Shown: positions 13,437-25,869, numbered from the stretch's first letter. The stretch: 64,000 nt of DNA from Octopus sinensis (GCF_006345805.1 NC_043014.1:23560001-23624000); one strand, 5' to 3'. Numbers and translations are program-made. The notes: a model not told the origin generated them from the sequence alone.

Positions 13437-13550
13437 TGTACATTATTTACAATGGACGGCAGATAGGTGTCCTCATCTTGTTTGTTGTTATCTACGTGAT
13501 GGCAACAAACAAGATGAGGACACCTATCTGTCCATTGTAAATAATGTACA
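13437..13550. repeat. ~53-bp-stem hairpin in FBXL13 intron 1
   Basis: TGTACATTATTTACAATGGAC(GGC)AGATAGGTGTCCTCATCTTGTTTGTTG and its reverse complement; one 3-nt bulge and a short loop. Confidence 0.9.
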
Positions 13551-13753
13551 TAATTCCTCATCTAAAAAAATATAGAATAGTAGACAAATTTGGTTTTCTC
13601 CTTAAACGAATGATTAGCAGATAATCGAAAAACATGGGTAAGCAACAAAATTCTTAGTGTGTGTACTAGTAACATAGCAGGCGTTATAAATACTACTTAG
13701 TCTAGATGGAACACTAGTGTAATACTAATATGAGAATAAGTTATAGTTTATAC

Positions 13754-13834
13754 CTCACATATGTCTGGAATTCTATGATGTACTAAATATTGTTTCAGTT
13801 CTGCAGGTACATTCCGAAGTGGAACAACTGCCAT
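13754..13834 (-). CDS. FBXL13: FBXL13/DRC6-like gene, first coding exon (MAVVPLRNVPAELKQYLVHHRIPDICE)
   Basis: ATG at 13834, 81 nt, phase 0, donor GTataa. Resembles the recalled FBXL13 N-terminus (MASLRNA.P.LK.YF....IPQ.CE) and splices in frame to exon 2. Later exons (F-box, LRR) were not located. Confidence 0.75.
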
Positions 13835-14372
13835 TCTTTGAAACGGGGAGGCCTATAATGTATATTTGTATTTTTGAACTCAGTCCAAATTATCTTCTGA
13901 AATGCTACGTAGTTTATCTATTGCACACGCTCTATAGGAGATGCGTCCTTAGCAACAGGAGCGAACACGGGTGCTCGTTCTTGATTTTTCTTTTTTTATT
14001 TATTTAATAGCCGTGTATACACATCAAACAGCGGTAACAATAAACTACCCATTTTCTTGCCAGCTTGCTAGAAATCATATCGAACAATCAAAAACCACAC
14101 GTTTTTTTTAGGTTAACAAAACTCACCACTTTCAAACCTTTTCTACTTTCTAATTTGTCATAATTAGGAAGGAAGGGAGTGAGTTAGAGTAACTTCCCTT
14201 CTAATGTTATCATGACCTAAATATTAGAAAAGTATTATAAACGACACGCGTAGAAGCGAAATTCAAAAAGAGGTATACATCCGAAACTATGCATTTGTTA
14301 AATGACTAAATTGGAAAGGCTCCACGATTCTATACTCCTATTGTGACAAAAGAAGAAAGGATTTATTCCATA
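13835..14372. promoter_or_regulatory. Putative bidirectional promoter / shared 5' region of FBXL13-like and NDUFAF8-like
   Basis: Divergent ATGs at 13834(-) and 14373(+); locally richer in CpG than the surroundings. No TSS can be seen from sequence. Confidence 0.5.
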
Positions 14373-14441
14373 ATGACGATTGAACAATTAGAACATCGAG
14401 TTGCGAGATTTACTAATGGTCTTACACGCTGCAGTGCCGAG
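14373..14441 (+). CDS. NDUFAF8: NDUFAF8-like twin-CX9C complex I assembly factor, exon 1 (MTIEQLEHRVARFTNGLTRCSAE)
   Basis: Donor GAG|GTAAAT, phase 0. Aligns with recalled human RLRAFPERLAACGAE. Confidence 0.8.
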
Positions 14442-14874
14442 GTAAATAAAAACAAAATTGTTTTAAAAAGAAAGAAAAATGCCTATTATATGTCTATCAT
14501 AATATATATTTTTTATAAAATGCCAAATGTGTACACAACCTGCTGTTTTCATGAAACTAATATAAGATTTTAAACTTTTGTATTTAACAACTTATTGCCC
14601 TATGATTCAGTATAGAAAAGTGTCGCTTTTTATATTTCGATCGCTATTAAGTATATCAAATTGACGGTAATTTTTCAGTTTAATTTTATTAAAAAAGTAA
14701 ATAAAAATTAAGGGGGAGATAAATAGTAAAAGAAGCGCAAACTAAAGGGTTTGACTCGAGCAAAAAAGAAAATATTGTAATAGGTGTATAACATGTAGTA
14801 AACGAATATGGAAAAAATGCGCGCTCGCGAACGGGGTGGGTGGACGAGAGTACTCGAAAAATTCACATCGTAAC

Positions 14875-15364
14875 ATTTTAAGCCAATGGTTTGAATTGCA
14901 AACTCACTTCCAAACTACAACCACAAAAGAAAAATATTTTACAATACAAACGTTACATGAAATGTTTTGTGATTCTAGGAATGAACTTTACCTTTTATTT
15001 TTGCATCCAATTTTAAAACAAAATTACTTGAATATCTTTCAAATTTGATCAAATCTGTTGCTAATATGATAGTGTTGCCATGTAGAATTGATCCTCTTTA
15101 CCTGGATGCTATTGAAAAATTTCTGGATCCTAAACCAAATTTAGGCAACAGGCTTGAGAGAAAGATAGCAGAAATGATTATCAAGAAGACTGTAACAGCC
15201 ACCGAAGAAAATAATATTCACAAAAGAGCACAATTTTTTTTACTCTGCCTTTATAAAGAGCTCAAGCACCGTTTGCCAAGAAATATTAATATACTGAGGA
15301 ATGTCAAATGTTTTTCAGTAGAGAATATTTTGAAGCATTTCAAAGAGCCAATTTTACCTGTCTT
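14875..15364 (+). mobile_element. Isolated internal fragment of the hAT transposase
   Basis: High-90s % identical by eye to 24465-24957, including the same IFQI*/MIKSV lesion; no TIRs. Confidence 0.85.
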
Positions 15365-15694
15365 GCTGGTTTGAACATAAAACAGGTAGAAATGGTAAAA
15401 TTTAATCGAAAATTTTACCGAATATTTGGGCCAGATATGATCAGTTTGAATACTAATGGGTTAAACTAGATTATTGCTGTTAACTTTTGATAATTTTTCA
15501 ACTTCATAATTTTTTTTTCCTTGAATGCTTAATTGTACTTTCTTTTAACAATTGATGTATGACTAAAGTGGTCCTCCTAACTTAGGTCACATTTGAGCTG
15601 TAGCATTATTTTATTATTCCCGCCGCAGTTTTATTACCTTCCCTGCTTTACTATTTTATTTTCTCCTTTATTTTACTTTTATATTATTTCAATT

Positions 15695-15874
15695 TTTTTG
15701 GCACAAGGACAGCTTGGGAGAGGCGGGGATGAGTCGATTACATCGACTCCAGTGTTCAACTGGTACTTATTTTATCAACCCTGAAAGGATGAAAGGCAAA
15801 GTTAACCTCAGCGGAAGGCGAAATACCGCTAAGCAGTTCATACAGAACGCTAACGATTCTGTCAGCACACCGCC
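15695..15874 (-). mobile_element. SINE family B
   Basis: Minus strand GGCGGTGTGCTGACAGAATCGTTAGC head and GGGTTGATAAAATAAGTACC core. Confidence 0.65.
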
Positions 15875-16143
15875 TTATTTTTTATATTTTTTATAATACC
15901 ACCCTTATTTTACTATTTTGTTGCCTCCGCTACTAATCGTTTTTATTGATAATAATATATAATGAAATTATTGTATACAGTGCTCCCCTACTTTGCTATT
16001 TTATTACATTCCGTACTATTAAATTACCTACCTAATTTTAATTACCTCTTATACTACTTTATCTCCTTTAGTATGTTATTACCTCTCATACTATTTTATT
16101 ACTTATCCTACTAAAGTTATCCTCAGATCTGGCTTAATGCTCT

Positions 16144-17583
16144 TATAATGGAACTGTAGTAGATCTTTTCTGTTTGATAGACGGAATTTTCTAGTTAACT
16201 AAAAAATTTGAAACTTCGTATACTGGTAGAATGTGTCAAAAGAAAACATTATTGTAAACAAAATTGTAATTCGTAACTTAAACGTAGTTTAATTTTTACG
16301 AATTTTAACCAATGAAATCCCAGCATTGCTGCGTTATAGATATTGATAAAGAAATATAGCAGACGCACGACACACACACACACTCTCTCTCTCAAACACA
16401 TGCATATACATTTGCACAAGCACATAGTAATTAATATATAAGCGTACACACACATACGCACACAGGCAAAAATACACGTTCGTGTTTTGCCACTTGCCGC
16501 AACAAATTTGCACAAAAGGTAAATAAACCAGAAGGGGGGGGAGGTCAATGTTTCATCGTTTCGGGGTCGATAAATTAAGTACCAATTACGCACTGGTGTC
16601 GAGGATTTTTCCCCAATTTATATCACAGCTTCCGACAAGCTGGGTGCAGCCTTTTATGAAAAAATATTTCGCAAATTTTTACAATACTACTCACACTCCA
16701 CGCGCAAACTCGAGACCGATTTAGGCATATCATTGTTTTGTTTTTGTTGTTTCTGACCCTTCAAAACCATGGGAGAAGCCTTTTCGGTAAACGAAATTCA
16801 TCGATTTAAGAGATATAGCTGTTATTTCTAGCACATGTAGAAGACAGAAGAAGAGACAAGGATGAATAAGACGTGTGCGTGTGAGTTTTTAGATGCAGTA
16901 AATAATTTGAGCTCGAATACTGAGATTTCATTGGTTAAAATTCGTAAAAATTAAACTACGTTTAAGTTACGAATTACAATTTTGTTTTCAATTTTGTTTT
17001 CAATAATGTTTTCTTTTGACACATTCTACCAGTATACAAAGTTTCAAACTGTTTAGTTAACTAGAAAATACCGTCTATCAAACAGAAAAGATCTGAACTG
17101 GTTAATTCTTTACACTGTTCGGGTGCAACCAATTTCCTTTCTTTAATTTCCAGAATCTACCAGTCAGGAACAAGAACGCAACCGTAAAAATATATATACT
17201 CTTTATTTCTTATTTACAAAAGAAGTACGTTGGTATATTGGTATCCACTTGGTTCGATATAGCAAGGCTGAACTTCAACATTTGTAAGATTCTTACAACA
17301 AATTCAGCAGCAACAGAGCAGGTCAAATTCTAAGCGTCTGGGACAGGAGAATGGCTGATCACATGTTTAACACTTCAATAGCCGTGTCTCAAGTCAACGA
17401 CCCTAAACAAGGAACGCGATAGAATTTTCTTCCCCAGTCTCTTGCGCATGTGCATGAGGGAACTTCCTTAGACCTTTCCAGAAGGTTCCAGCCCCGCACA
17501 CGCACACTGAAGAATGACGTTCCGCACACGCACACTGAAGAATGACGTTGCGTGTGCGCACACTGGAAAATGACGTCACTACA
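16144..17583 (-). repeat. 3' LTR of the Gypsy element, split by the MITE (16144-16156 plus 17095-17583)
   Basis: Plus strand T(A)TAATGGAACTG ... TCACTACA. About 10 substitutions, a 10-bp deletion and a 28-bp duplication relative to the 5' LTR. Confidence 0.9.
16157..17094. mobile_element. MITE-like element with ~170-bp terminal inverted repeats inserted in the 3' LTR
   Basis: AGATCTTTTCTGTTTGATAGACGG... at 16161 is mirrored by ...CCGTCTATCAAACAGAAAAGATCT ending at 17094. GAACTG is duplicated at 16151-16156 and 17095-17100. A family B SINE fragment lies inside (~16530-16600). Confidence 0.85.
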
Positions 17584-17596
17584 AAGGCTCCCTCTC
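17584..17596 (-). promoter_or_regulatory. Polypurine tract
   Basis: Minus strand GAGAGGGAGCCTT immediately before the TGTAGTG start of the 3' LTR. Confidence 0.7.
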
Positions 17597-17798
17597 GAGT
17601 GCAGAAACACGAAGCAAAATTCCTTGTAGTGGCTTCAGAAAATAAGGTGGTTACCAAATCACCAAAATGGCACACAATATGACAAATCAAAACAAAATTT
17701 ACAATATAAATAAGAATGCACCAAAAAGAAAAAAAAATACTCAAATGAACAAAGTTCAATAAGTATCGTAACTGTCACTGGGAAAACAATTGAGAATG

Positions 17799-19362
17799 TC
17801 AAATATAAATAGTCTTTGAAAGTTTCTTTGGCCAGTGAACAGTTCTGCCTGACCTCGTAACATAAGGTTTGTTCGAGGCGGGCTGCGACGACGAAGGTGA
17901 TGTTGCCGATGTTGGTATTGATAAAGGTGCATGTCTAAATGGTGGTGTTGTTGTCAAAGGTGCATGTGAAGGTTCAACGATGGTTGTAGCAGCGGTGTCA
18001 TCAAAAGATGTTGACACCTCAAAATATGCCCTTTTAAGACAATCTACGGAGATGGTCTCCAAACGACCATTAATGTCAAGTTTTAATACTTTCGGCGTGC
18101 GGAAAATCACACGAAAAGGTCCTTTATAAGGAGAAACAAGAGGTCCTTTGACAGAATCATCACGAACAAAAACATGTGTCCAAGAATCAAGATCTGATGG
18201 CACATTAGAAGGAGGATTTTGGTGTTGGGGACCCATAGGAGGAAGGGCAGAAAAATATCTGCGTAGTCGAGCAACATAAGACTCTAAATTAAGAGACTGT
18301 GACTTGTCTGGCACCAACATCGTACCAGGCAATGCCAGTGTGGTACCATACAAGAGCTCGGCAGAAGAAAAACCAAGGTCTGCTTTAATCGCAGTCCGAC
18401 ATCCAAGCAGGACGATAGGAAGAAATTCAGTCCACGACTGGATTCGGCAACGCATGCAACACGGCCTTAAGTTGCCTGTGGAAACGCTCCACCATCCCAT
18501 TAGAAGCGGGATGGTAACTAGTGGTGCATATATGATGCATCCCCAGGATTCGTGATAACTCACGAAATAAAACCGCTTCGAATTGTCGACCATGATCTGT
18601 GGTTAAACTGGACGGTACACCATACCTAGAAATCCAATTAGACACAAAAGCTTTCGCAACAGTTTCAGCAGAAATGTCTGCTATAGGAATAGCTTCCGGC
18701 CAACGTGAGAAACGATCGATACAAGTTAAAATATATGAGAACCCGCGACTCACAGGCCAAGGTCCAACCAAATCAAGGTGGACATGGCGAAAATGGGCCT
18801 CAGGAGAAGAAAACTGTCCAAGTGGAGCACGAACGTGTCTATGGACTTTAGCACTCTGGCACCTCAAACAAGAGCGTGTCCAAGAGGTAATCGGTCGTCG
18901 CATATTGGGCCAGAAGAACCGAGTAGTAACAAGCTTTACTGTGGCAGAGATACCCGGATGTGACAATGAATGAAGAGCATCAAAAACAGAACGTTGATGT
19001 TTCTCAGGTACTAACGGCCTGGGTGAACCGGTGGAGACGTCACAAAGAATAGAGCCTTCTGCTGAAGGGAGCAGACGGTAGGCAAATTTACAATTGATGA
19101 ACTTGGGCGAAGTTAAATTCAACTCCGCTAAAGGTGGTTGATCCTGCGAAATAGCAGTTAAGTCAATTGCTGCAGGAGAGGAAATGGAATTGACAGGGAG
19201 TCTAGAGAGAGCATCAGCTGGGACGTTCTCCTTCCCTGGCACATGTCGAATGTCACTTGTAAACTGAGAAATATAATCCAGGTGACGGAAAGCACGAGGG
19301 GAGAGTTTGTCCGTTTTAGAAGATAGTGCAAATGTAAGGGGCTTGTGATCAGTATAAATCAC
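17799..19362 (-). pseudogene. Gypsy integrase (end of RNase H, HHCC zinc finger, DDE core; frameshifted C-terminus)
   Basis: [59 protein letters not shown]. Confidence 0.9.
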
Positions 19363-19368
19363 AAATTC

Positions 19369-20298
19369 TCATCTCTCGAGCTGGTGCTGAAAATGTCGAA
19401 CTGACAGATAGATTGCTAGTAACTCTCGATCAAAAGTACTATATCTGCGTTCAGCAGGCTTTAGCTGGCAAGAAAAGAAAGCCAAAGGTTTAGTTTCACC
19501 ATCTACGGTATGCTGCAAGACAGCGCCAACTGCAGAATCTGATGCATCCACAGATAAAGTAAGTGGAGCATCAGGAGCCGGATGTGCTAGAACAGGAACT
19601 GAAGCTAGTTCCTTTTTAACTAACTCAAAGGCAGACAGTGCTTCAGCTGAAAGAGTAAGACGGGTGTCCTTTTTAGAATTGCCCTTTAGCATCTGCGTTA
19701 AAGGAAACAACTTGTCTGCACACCGGTTTATGAAGCGTTGATAGAAATTAACTATACCCAAAAAATGGCGAAGTTGACGCAAAGAAGAAGGTGGTGCAAT
19801 GCACTGAATTGCATCGACTTTAGACGAGAGAGGTTTGATTCCACTCAAATCAATACAATGACCGAGAAAATCAAGAGATGATTGCCCAAAAACACACTTG
19901 TCTGGATTAATGCGAACACCATAGTCGCGAAGACACTGAAAAAGCTGAGACAAGTGCTAGAGATGATTTTCATGCGTATCACTTGCAATGAGGATATCAT
20001 CGACATACGCGAAAACAAAATCAAGTCCACGAACAACTTCATCTATAAAACGTTGGAACGTACTAGTGGCGTTCCGCAAACCAAAACTCATGTATAGAAA
20101 TTCGAAACAACCAAAAGGAGTGGTAATTGCCATTTTAGGAACATCGTCTGGGTTGACCGGTATTTCATGATAAGCACGTATGAGGTCAACCTTAGAAAAA
20201 ATGGTACAGCCATGAAGATTCGCTGAAAAGTCATTGAGATTCCTAATTGGATATCTGTCCGGAATCGTCACAGAATTTAGATGCCGATAATCTCTCAC
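19369..20298 (-). pseudogene. Gypsy reverse transcriptase / RNase H (interrupted)
   Basis: DYRHLN, FSKVDLIRAYHEIP, MSFGLRNATSTFQR, AYVDDILI, VDASDSAVGAVL, YSTFDRELLAIY. Confidence 0.9.
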
Positions 20299-20322
20299 CG
20301 GGCGAAAATCTGTATCCCCTTT

Positions 20323-21000
20323 TCAAACTAAATGAAGGGGTGATGCCCATGGACTGGTGGATGGGCGTATCAGACCAAGCTGGAGCATATGCTCAAACTC
20401 AGCCCTAGCCGTTTTAAGGCGGTCAGGTGCAAGACGCCGTGGGCGCGAAAAAACAGGCGGCCCAGTAGTTGTAATGTAATGGAGTGTCGAGTGTATGGGT
20501 TTTGCCATTTTAAAAGTAATATCAAGTAGCTCTGGAAAAGAAGCCAAAAGAGAATGAAAAACATCTCCAGAAGTAGCAACAAAAAATGTCGGGCTAAGAG
20601 CTGAATCGGTAGATTCTCTGGTCGGCGTGGAGAGTGTAGTCGAACTGTCAACTAGCCTCCGACGTCTGACATCTACCAATAGATCAAAGTTATTTAGAAA
20701 ATCCACATCTAAAATAGGATGCGGAATGTCAGCAATGACAAAAACCCACTGAAAATCTTGACAAAGATTTATGTCAAGGCGTAAAGAGATCTGACCGAAT
20801 GTGGCTATTGGTGACGAGTCAATAGCGTGCAAGGTAACATTAGATCGTTTTGGTCTGTCGGTTGTGAGACACAGAGGCCAAATGCTGCAACAAGAACCAG
20901 TGTCCACCATGAAGTATTTCTTTGACACTAGATCCTTAACGAAGAATGCACGATAACTAGAAAACGATGTGGAGGAAGTTGACGTGCTCAACTCCTCCAA
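20323..21000 (-). pseudogene. Gypsy aspartic protease and start of RT
   Basis: FMVDTGS protease motif; SPWASPLHLV RT domain 0/1. Confidence 0.85.
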
Positions 21001-21015
21001 AGCTAGTTTAAATCT

Positions 21016-21717
21016 TTAGGTGCATGGCTGTATGCACTTATGTGCTTTCTCTCCAAAATTGGAGTGGTACCAACACAGTCCGGACTTTGACTGTGTGGAA
21101 CGAGATGATGAACGGCCACGACTACGCGATCTTGAAAATCGCTTGCCATCGCAACACATCGCGTCCATCCTTTTGGTGAGACTTTCTATTTGTTTAGAAA
21201 GTCCATCAATTGAGTTTGCAGAAGTTGCCGAGCAGACACAAGCAGCACGTGAAGATGGTCGCACTGCAAATTCAACCATCTTATCTGCCATGGTCGCTAT
21301 TTGGTCCACAGTATTGGACTCTAAAGCAGTTGACAAAACAGTTTGTATGTAGGCGGGCAACCTTGAAAAAAAAATTTTCCGAAGCAGAGGAGCGTCTGCA
21401 GCTTTACCGCTCAACTCTCTTAAACGTCTCAGAAATTGAGAAGGCGTCCTATCTCCCAACTGTTCATCCGCCATCAATTCATTGAAGCGACTTTCCTCGC
21501 TTCTAGTGTTTCTTTTTTCTACTTCTAATTTAACAGACGCATAAGTGGCATCCATAATAAGATCTCTGGCAGTAGTTGCAAGTTGAGGAGGCATACAACT
21601 ATAAAGAATTTGCAACTGCTGCTCAGAAGAAACACTATGTGCACAAAAATATGCCTCTAGTTGTGCAAACCAAACTTTAGCATCACCTGTGAAAATGGGT
21701 AATGATGCCAAAGACAT
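21016..21717 (-). CDS. Gypsy Gag with CHCC motif
   Basis: WFAQLEAYF, LGDRTPSQFLRRLRELSG, CWYHSNFGEKAHKCIQPC (C-x2-H-x9-C-x3-C), diagnostic of the CsRn1 lineage. Confidence 0.85.
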   Translation of the reverse strand: MSLASLPIFTGDAKVWFAQLEAYFCAHSVSSEQQLQILYSCMPPQLATTARDLIMDATYASVKLEVEKRNTRSEESRFNELMADEQLGDRTPSQFLRRLRELSGKAADAPLLRKIFFSRLPAYIQTVLSTALESNTVDQIATMADKMVEFAVRPSSRAACVCSATSANSIDGLSKQIESLTKRMDAMCCDGKRFSRSRSRGRSSSRSTQSKSGLCWYHSNFGEKAHKCIQPCT

Positions 21718-22466
21718 TTTGTTCTTTTTAAATTTAAATAGATGATTCTGTCAAAGGAAAGGGAAATGACAACGAAAAGTTGAACTGATGCAAATGGAAA
21801 AAAGAACAGAAAGAAATAGCAATCAAAACAAGACTAGCAATTGAACCAATAATTTTTTTTTTACGTGTAAATTTTACCAAAAAAAAATGTTTTTTCTTTT
21901 TTTTTTTTGTACTGTATACACAGAGAATAAAAATTCTTTTTTTTTTTATTTTTACCAACCTTCATTGCGTCTGAAACAAAATTTTTCTTTTTCTTTTTTT
22001 TTTTAATGAAGTTAGAGTTATTTTACCAGTTCATAGTAAAGTACATAATAGCAGTTCATTCTGTAACAGGATGTTCGGATCACAAGTGCAGATGCCGGTT
22101 GAACACATGTCGTGTAGTGGTTGTGGCTTCAATGCTGTGCGAGGTTACATTGGTACAGAAGATCTCGCAGGTAGTGCTGTGCTGTTAACCTCGGTGAAAA
22201 TCATAACAGCGTGAAAGCTAAACCTGAATGAGTGCTATGTACATATTAGTGTTGCTGGAGATGAAGGCGACGGAGATGGAGACGATGTGAAGTTGAAGGG
22301 CGGCGATGGTGATTGCGACGGCAGAGAAAGGCGTCGTTCGTGGAAACGTCCTGTGTCGCTGGTGTATGTTGAGGCGAAGATATCGATGTCAGAAAAACTG
22401 GATTCACAACTCTGACTCGGTAGAAACTAGATTTTATTTAAGTGTTCTATGGTCTATGACCAGAAC

Positions 22467-22478
22467 TCGGGGTCACCA
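22467..22478 (-). promoter_or_regulatory. Primer-binding site, tRNA-Trp
   Basis: Minus strand TGGTGACCCCGA, 1 nt after the LTR's CA end, complementary to the 3' end of tRNA-Trp (...UCGGGGUCACCA). Confidence 0.85.
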
Positions 22479-22479
22479 C

Positions 22480-22957
22480 TGTAATGGAACTGGTTAATTC
22501 TTTACACTGTTCGGGTGCAACCAATTTCCTTTCTTTAATTTCCAGAATCTACCAGTCAGGAACAAGAACGCAACCTTAAAAATATATATACTCTTTATTT
22601 CTTATTTACAAAAGAAGTACGTTGGTATATTGGTATCCACTTGGTTCGATATAGCAAGGCTGAACTTCAACATTTGTAAGATTCTTTCAACAAATTCAGC
22701 AGCAACAGAGCAGGTCAAATTCTAAGCGTCTGGGACAGGAGAATGGCTGATCACATGTTTAACACGTCCTTTCACTTCAATAGCCGTGTCTCAAGTCAAC
22801 GATGCTAAACAAGGAACGCGATAGAATTTTCTTCCCCAGTCTCTTGCGCATGTGCATGAGGGAACTTCCTTAGGCCTTTCCAGAAGGTTCCAGCCCCGCA
22901 CACGCACACTGAAGAATGACGTTGCATGTGCGCACACTGGAAAATGATATCACTACA
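22480..22957 (-). repeat. 5' LTR of the Gypsy element (478 bp)
   Basis: TG...CA ends; direct repeat of 17095-17583. Confidence 0.92.
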
Positions 22958-22964
22958 CTCTCAA

Positions 22965-25580
22965 CAAGGGTTGCCAATTTAGCATTTTTTTTTCAGCATT
23001 TAGCAGAAAATTCTTGAATCTAGCATTTAACAGGGAAAACAGCAGGTATAAAATTTTATTTAGCATTTTTCTCTGATCATGACATTTCCACAAGTTATTC
23101 TTTTTACTTCTTTTTCCTCCTTTTCTACTTCCGTTAATGTATCTTATAGCCAAATTTTAGTACTATCGGCTATTGTTGAATTTTTGTTTCTCTTTCTTGA
23201 AACTTCAAATGAAAGTTTATCAAGTTATGAACTTTTCCAGCCCCACCACTACCGGCTTGGATACAGAGTGGTGCTGATAAGGGGAGGGGGAAAAGCTAAC
23301 TCATGTCAGCATCTGAACTCACTGCACCATAATGGAAATATGTTGCAAAGAATGAAAGCATGGAAATTCGTTCTAACAATGCTTTATTCTGTAGTGATGA
23401 GTTTTTTATCATGACAGGTTGACTGATTTACTTTCAGTTTGACTGTTTTAAAATAGACCTGTGTTTTTTCATGCTTGTTTTGGATTATATATCTTGTATA
23501 GAAGTACGGGGGTGGCAGGGATCTTCCCCTTTATATCTCTACTTACATTCCAAAAGGAATGGCTTAAGATGCCAGCGTTAACTAGTGACCAATCTAAAGC
23601 ACATTGCAGATATTGTAGATGTAATATGTTGGCAAAATATTCCCTTTTAATAAGCCACTGTGAAGCAAAGAAACATAAAGCATCAACTCCACATCAAATG
23701 ATTCTGCTTACCAATTTTATTGAAACCAAAAATGATAAGACATCTATGCTTGAAGCAAATTTAGCAATGTTTATTTGTTGCCATTCATCATTTAATAGCT
23801 GTGATCACTTAATAGAGTTATGTAAGAATTATATGTCTGATAGTGATATTATATCCAAAGTGAAGTTGCATCGTACAAAATGTGCAAATATTGTGAGAAA
23901 TGTTCCAGCTCCATATTTTGATGGAGATTTGATTTCTGATAGAGGAGATAGAAAATTTAGCCTGTTATTAGATGAATCCAATGATAAACAAGTTGTTAGG
24001 AATTGTTATCATATATTACAGTGACACTCACAAAAAAGTGGTACATACATACAGTATGGTATCTTTAGAAACGTGATGCAGATGGCATTGTAGATGCCTT
24101 AAAAACTGAATTAGTGAAAAGGAAATTAGATATAAAAAATTTACTGGCTATAGAAACTGACAATACTAGAGTAATGATAGGAGTCAACAATGGTGTTTTC
24201 CAGAAATTAAATGAAATTCCATCATTGCTTCTATTTAGATGTGTATGTCATTCTTTACAATTGGCAGTATCCCACACTTGTGCTGAATGCTTGCCCATAA
24301 ATTTAGAATTTTTAGTATCTGAAACCTATAAATGGTCCTCTCATTCTTCAACAAGACAAAGTGCCTACAAACAACTTTACATTGCTATCAATGATAAAGA
24401 GCCATTGAAGATCATGAATTCTTGTACAACTAGGTGGCTGTCAATAGAACCAGCAATAAATAGAATTTTAAGCCAATGGTTTGAATTGCAAACTCTCTTC
24501 CAAACTACAACCACAAAAGAAAAATACTTTACAGCACAAACGTTACATGAAATGTTTTGTGATTCTAGAAATGAACTTTACCTTTTATTTTTGCATCCAG
24601 TTTTAAAACAAAATCACTTGAAGATCTTTCAAATTTGATCAAATCTGTTTCTAATATGACGGTGTTGCCAACATGTGGAATTGATCCTCTTTACCTGGAT
24701 GCTTCTATTGAAAATTTTCTGGATCCTAAACCAAATTTAGGCAACAGGCTTGAGAGAAAGATAGCAGAAATGATTATCAAGAAGACTGTAACAGCCACCG
24801 AAGAAAATAATATTCACAAAAGAGCACAATTTTTACTCTGCCTTTATAAAGAGCTCAAGCACCGTTTGCCAAGAAATATTAATATACTGAGGAATATCAA
24901 ATGTTTTTCAGTAGAGAATATTTTGAAGCATTTCAAAGAGCCAATTTTACCGGTCTTAAAAGCAATGCAAATGCATTGCTTCTAAGACAGGTAAAATGAA
25001 GAAAAAATTGCTTCAAATGATATTCAGTTTAATAGCATTCATTTAGTTAAATGGACAAATACGTCTAATACTGAGGCATTCTGGCTGGAAGTCTTGAACT
25101 ATAAAGATGCTACTGGAGGAAATCCTTTTAGAGATGTTGCAAATTTTGCCAATAATCTATTAACATTGCCAAACTCAGATGCAGAAGTTGAACAGTTGCT
25201 CAGTAGTATGGGTGTAATCAAATCAAAATTGAAAAACAAAATGCATCTTCCTATGCTTAGATCAATACTGCCTATAAAATATGACCTGAAAAGATATGGC
25301 AAATGTTGCAAAAACTTTGATATTCCAAAACATATAATTAACAAGATTGGGACCTTGAATGTATACCGAAGACAAGACCTAAGCACTGCAACTGAAAGTG
25401 ATCAAAGCAGTGAAGTTCAAAAAATTATTTCTCAATGCTGAATATAATTAAAGAAAGTAAATAAAAATTTTGCTTTTTCATATAATTTGTCTTTAGCATT
25501 TTTTGTCATATTTAGTTTTTTTGGGGTTTTTTTTAGTATTTTTTCTACTGAAATTTAGCATAAAATTCTGAGGATAACCT
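22965..25580 (+). mobile_element. Decayed hAT-superfamily DNA transposon
   Basis: Fragments 23461-25441 give a C2H2-type finger (CRYC..H...KKH), FSLLLDES, DN..VMIG, RCVCHSLQL, TTRWLS and a C-terminal LPNSDAEVEQ..S.M dimerisation motif. Left TIR-like CAAGGGTTGCCA; subterminal TTTAGCAT repeats. The right TIR is not clear. Confidence 0.85.
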
Positions 25581-25869
25581 AAACATTTATGCTTGTTAAT
25601 GCAATGAAGAAGCATAGACAAGAAAGGAGTCAATGGTCTGGTCTGAATTCTCAGAGCTGAGCAAACTCCATTAAAGGTACCCAAATACCAGCCAGTACTA
25701 TTAAACCAAATGGCATTTTAGACATAAATTATGCTTAGAAAAGATAGCATATCCTTTCCTAAAACAATTGATCATTTTCATGCATGAAAATGGAAGGTAT
25801 TGAAGAGACAAACAAATCAAAGGTTTCTATGTTAAGTACTGAAAATTCTTCTTTCTCTTACTGTTGTAG

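Larger units (their letters stand above)
16144..22957 (-). mobile_element. Full-length Ty3/Gypsy LTR retrotransposon, CsRn1-like lineage, disrupted ORFs
   Basis: Two LTRs, a tRNA-Trp PBS, a PPT and a 4-bp TSD CTCT (16140-16143 and 22958-22961). Gag carries a CHCC motif; order is PR-RT-RH-IN. Confidence 0.93.
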
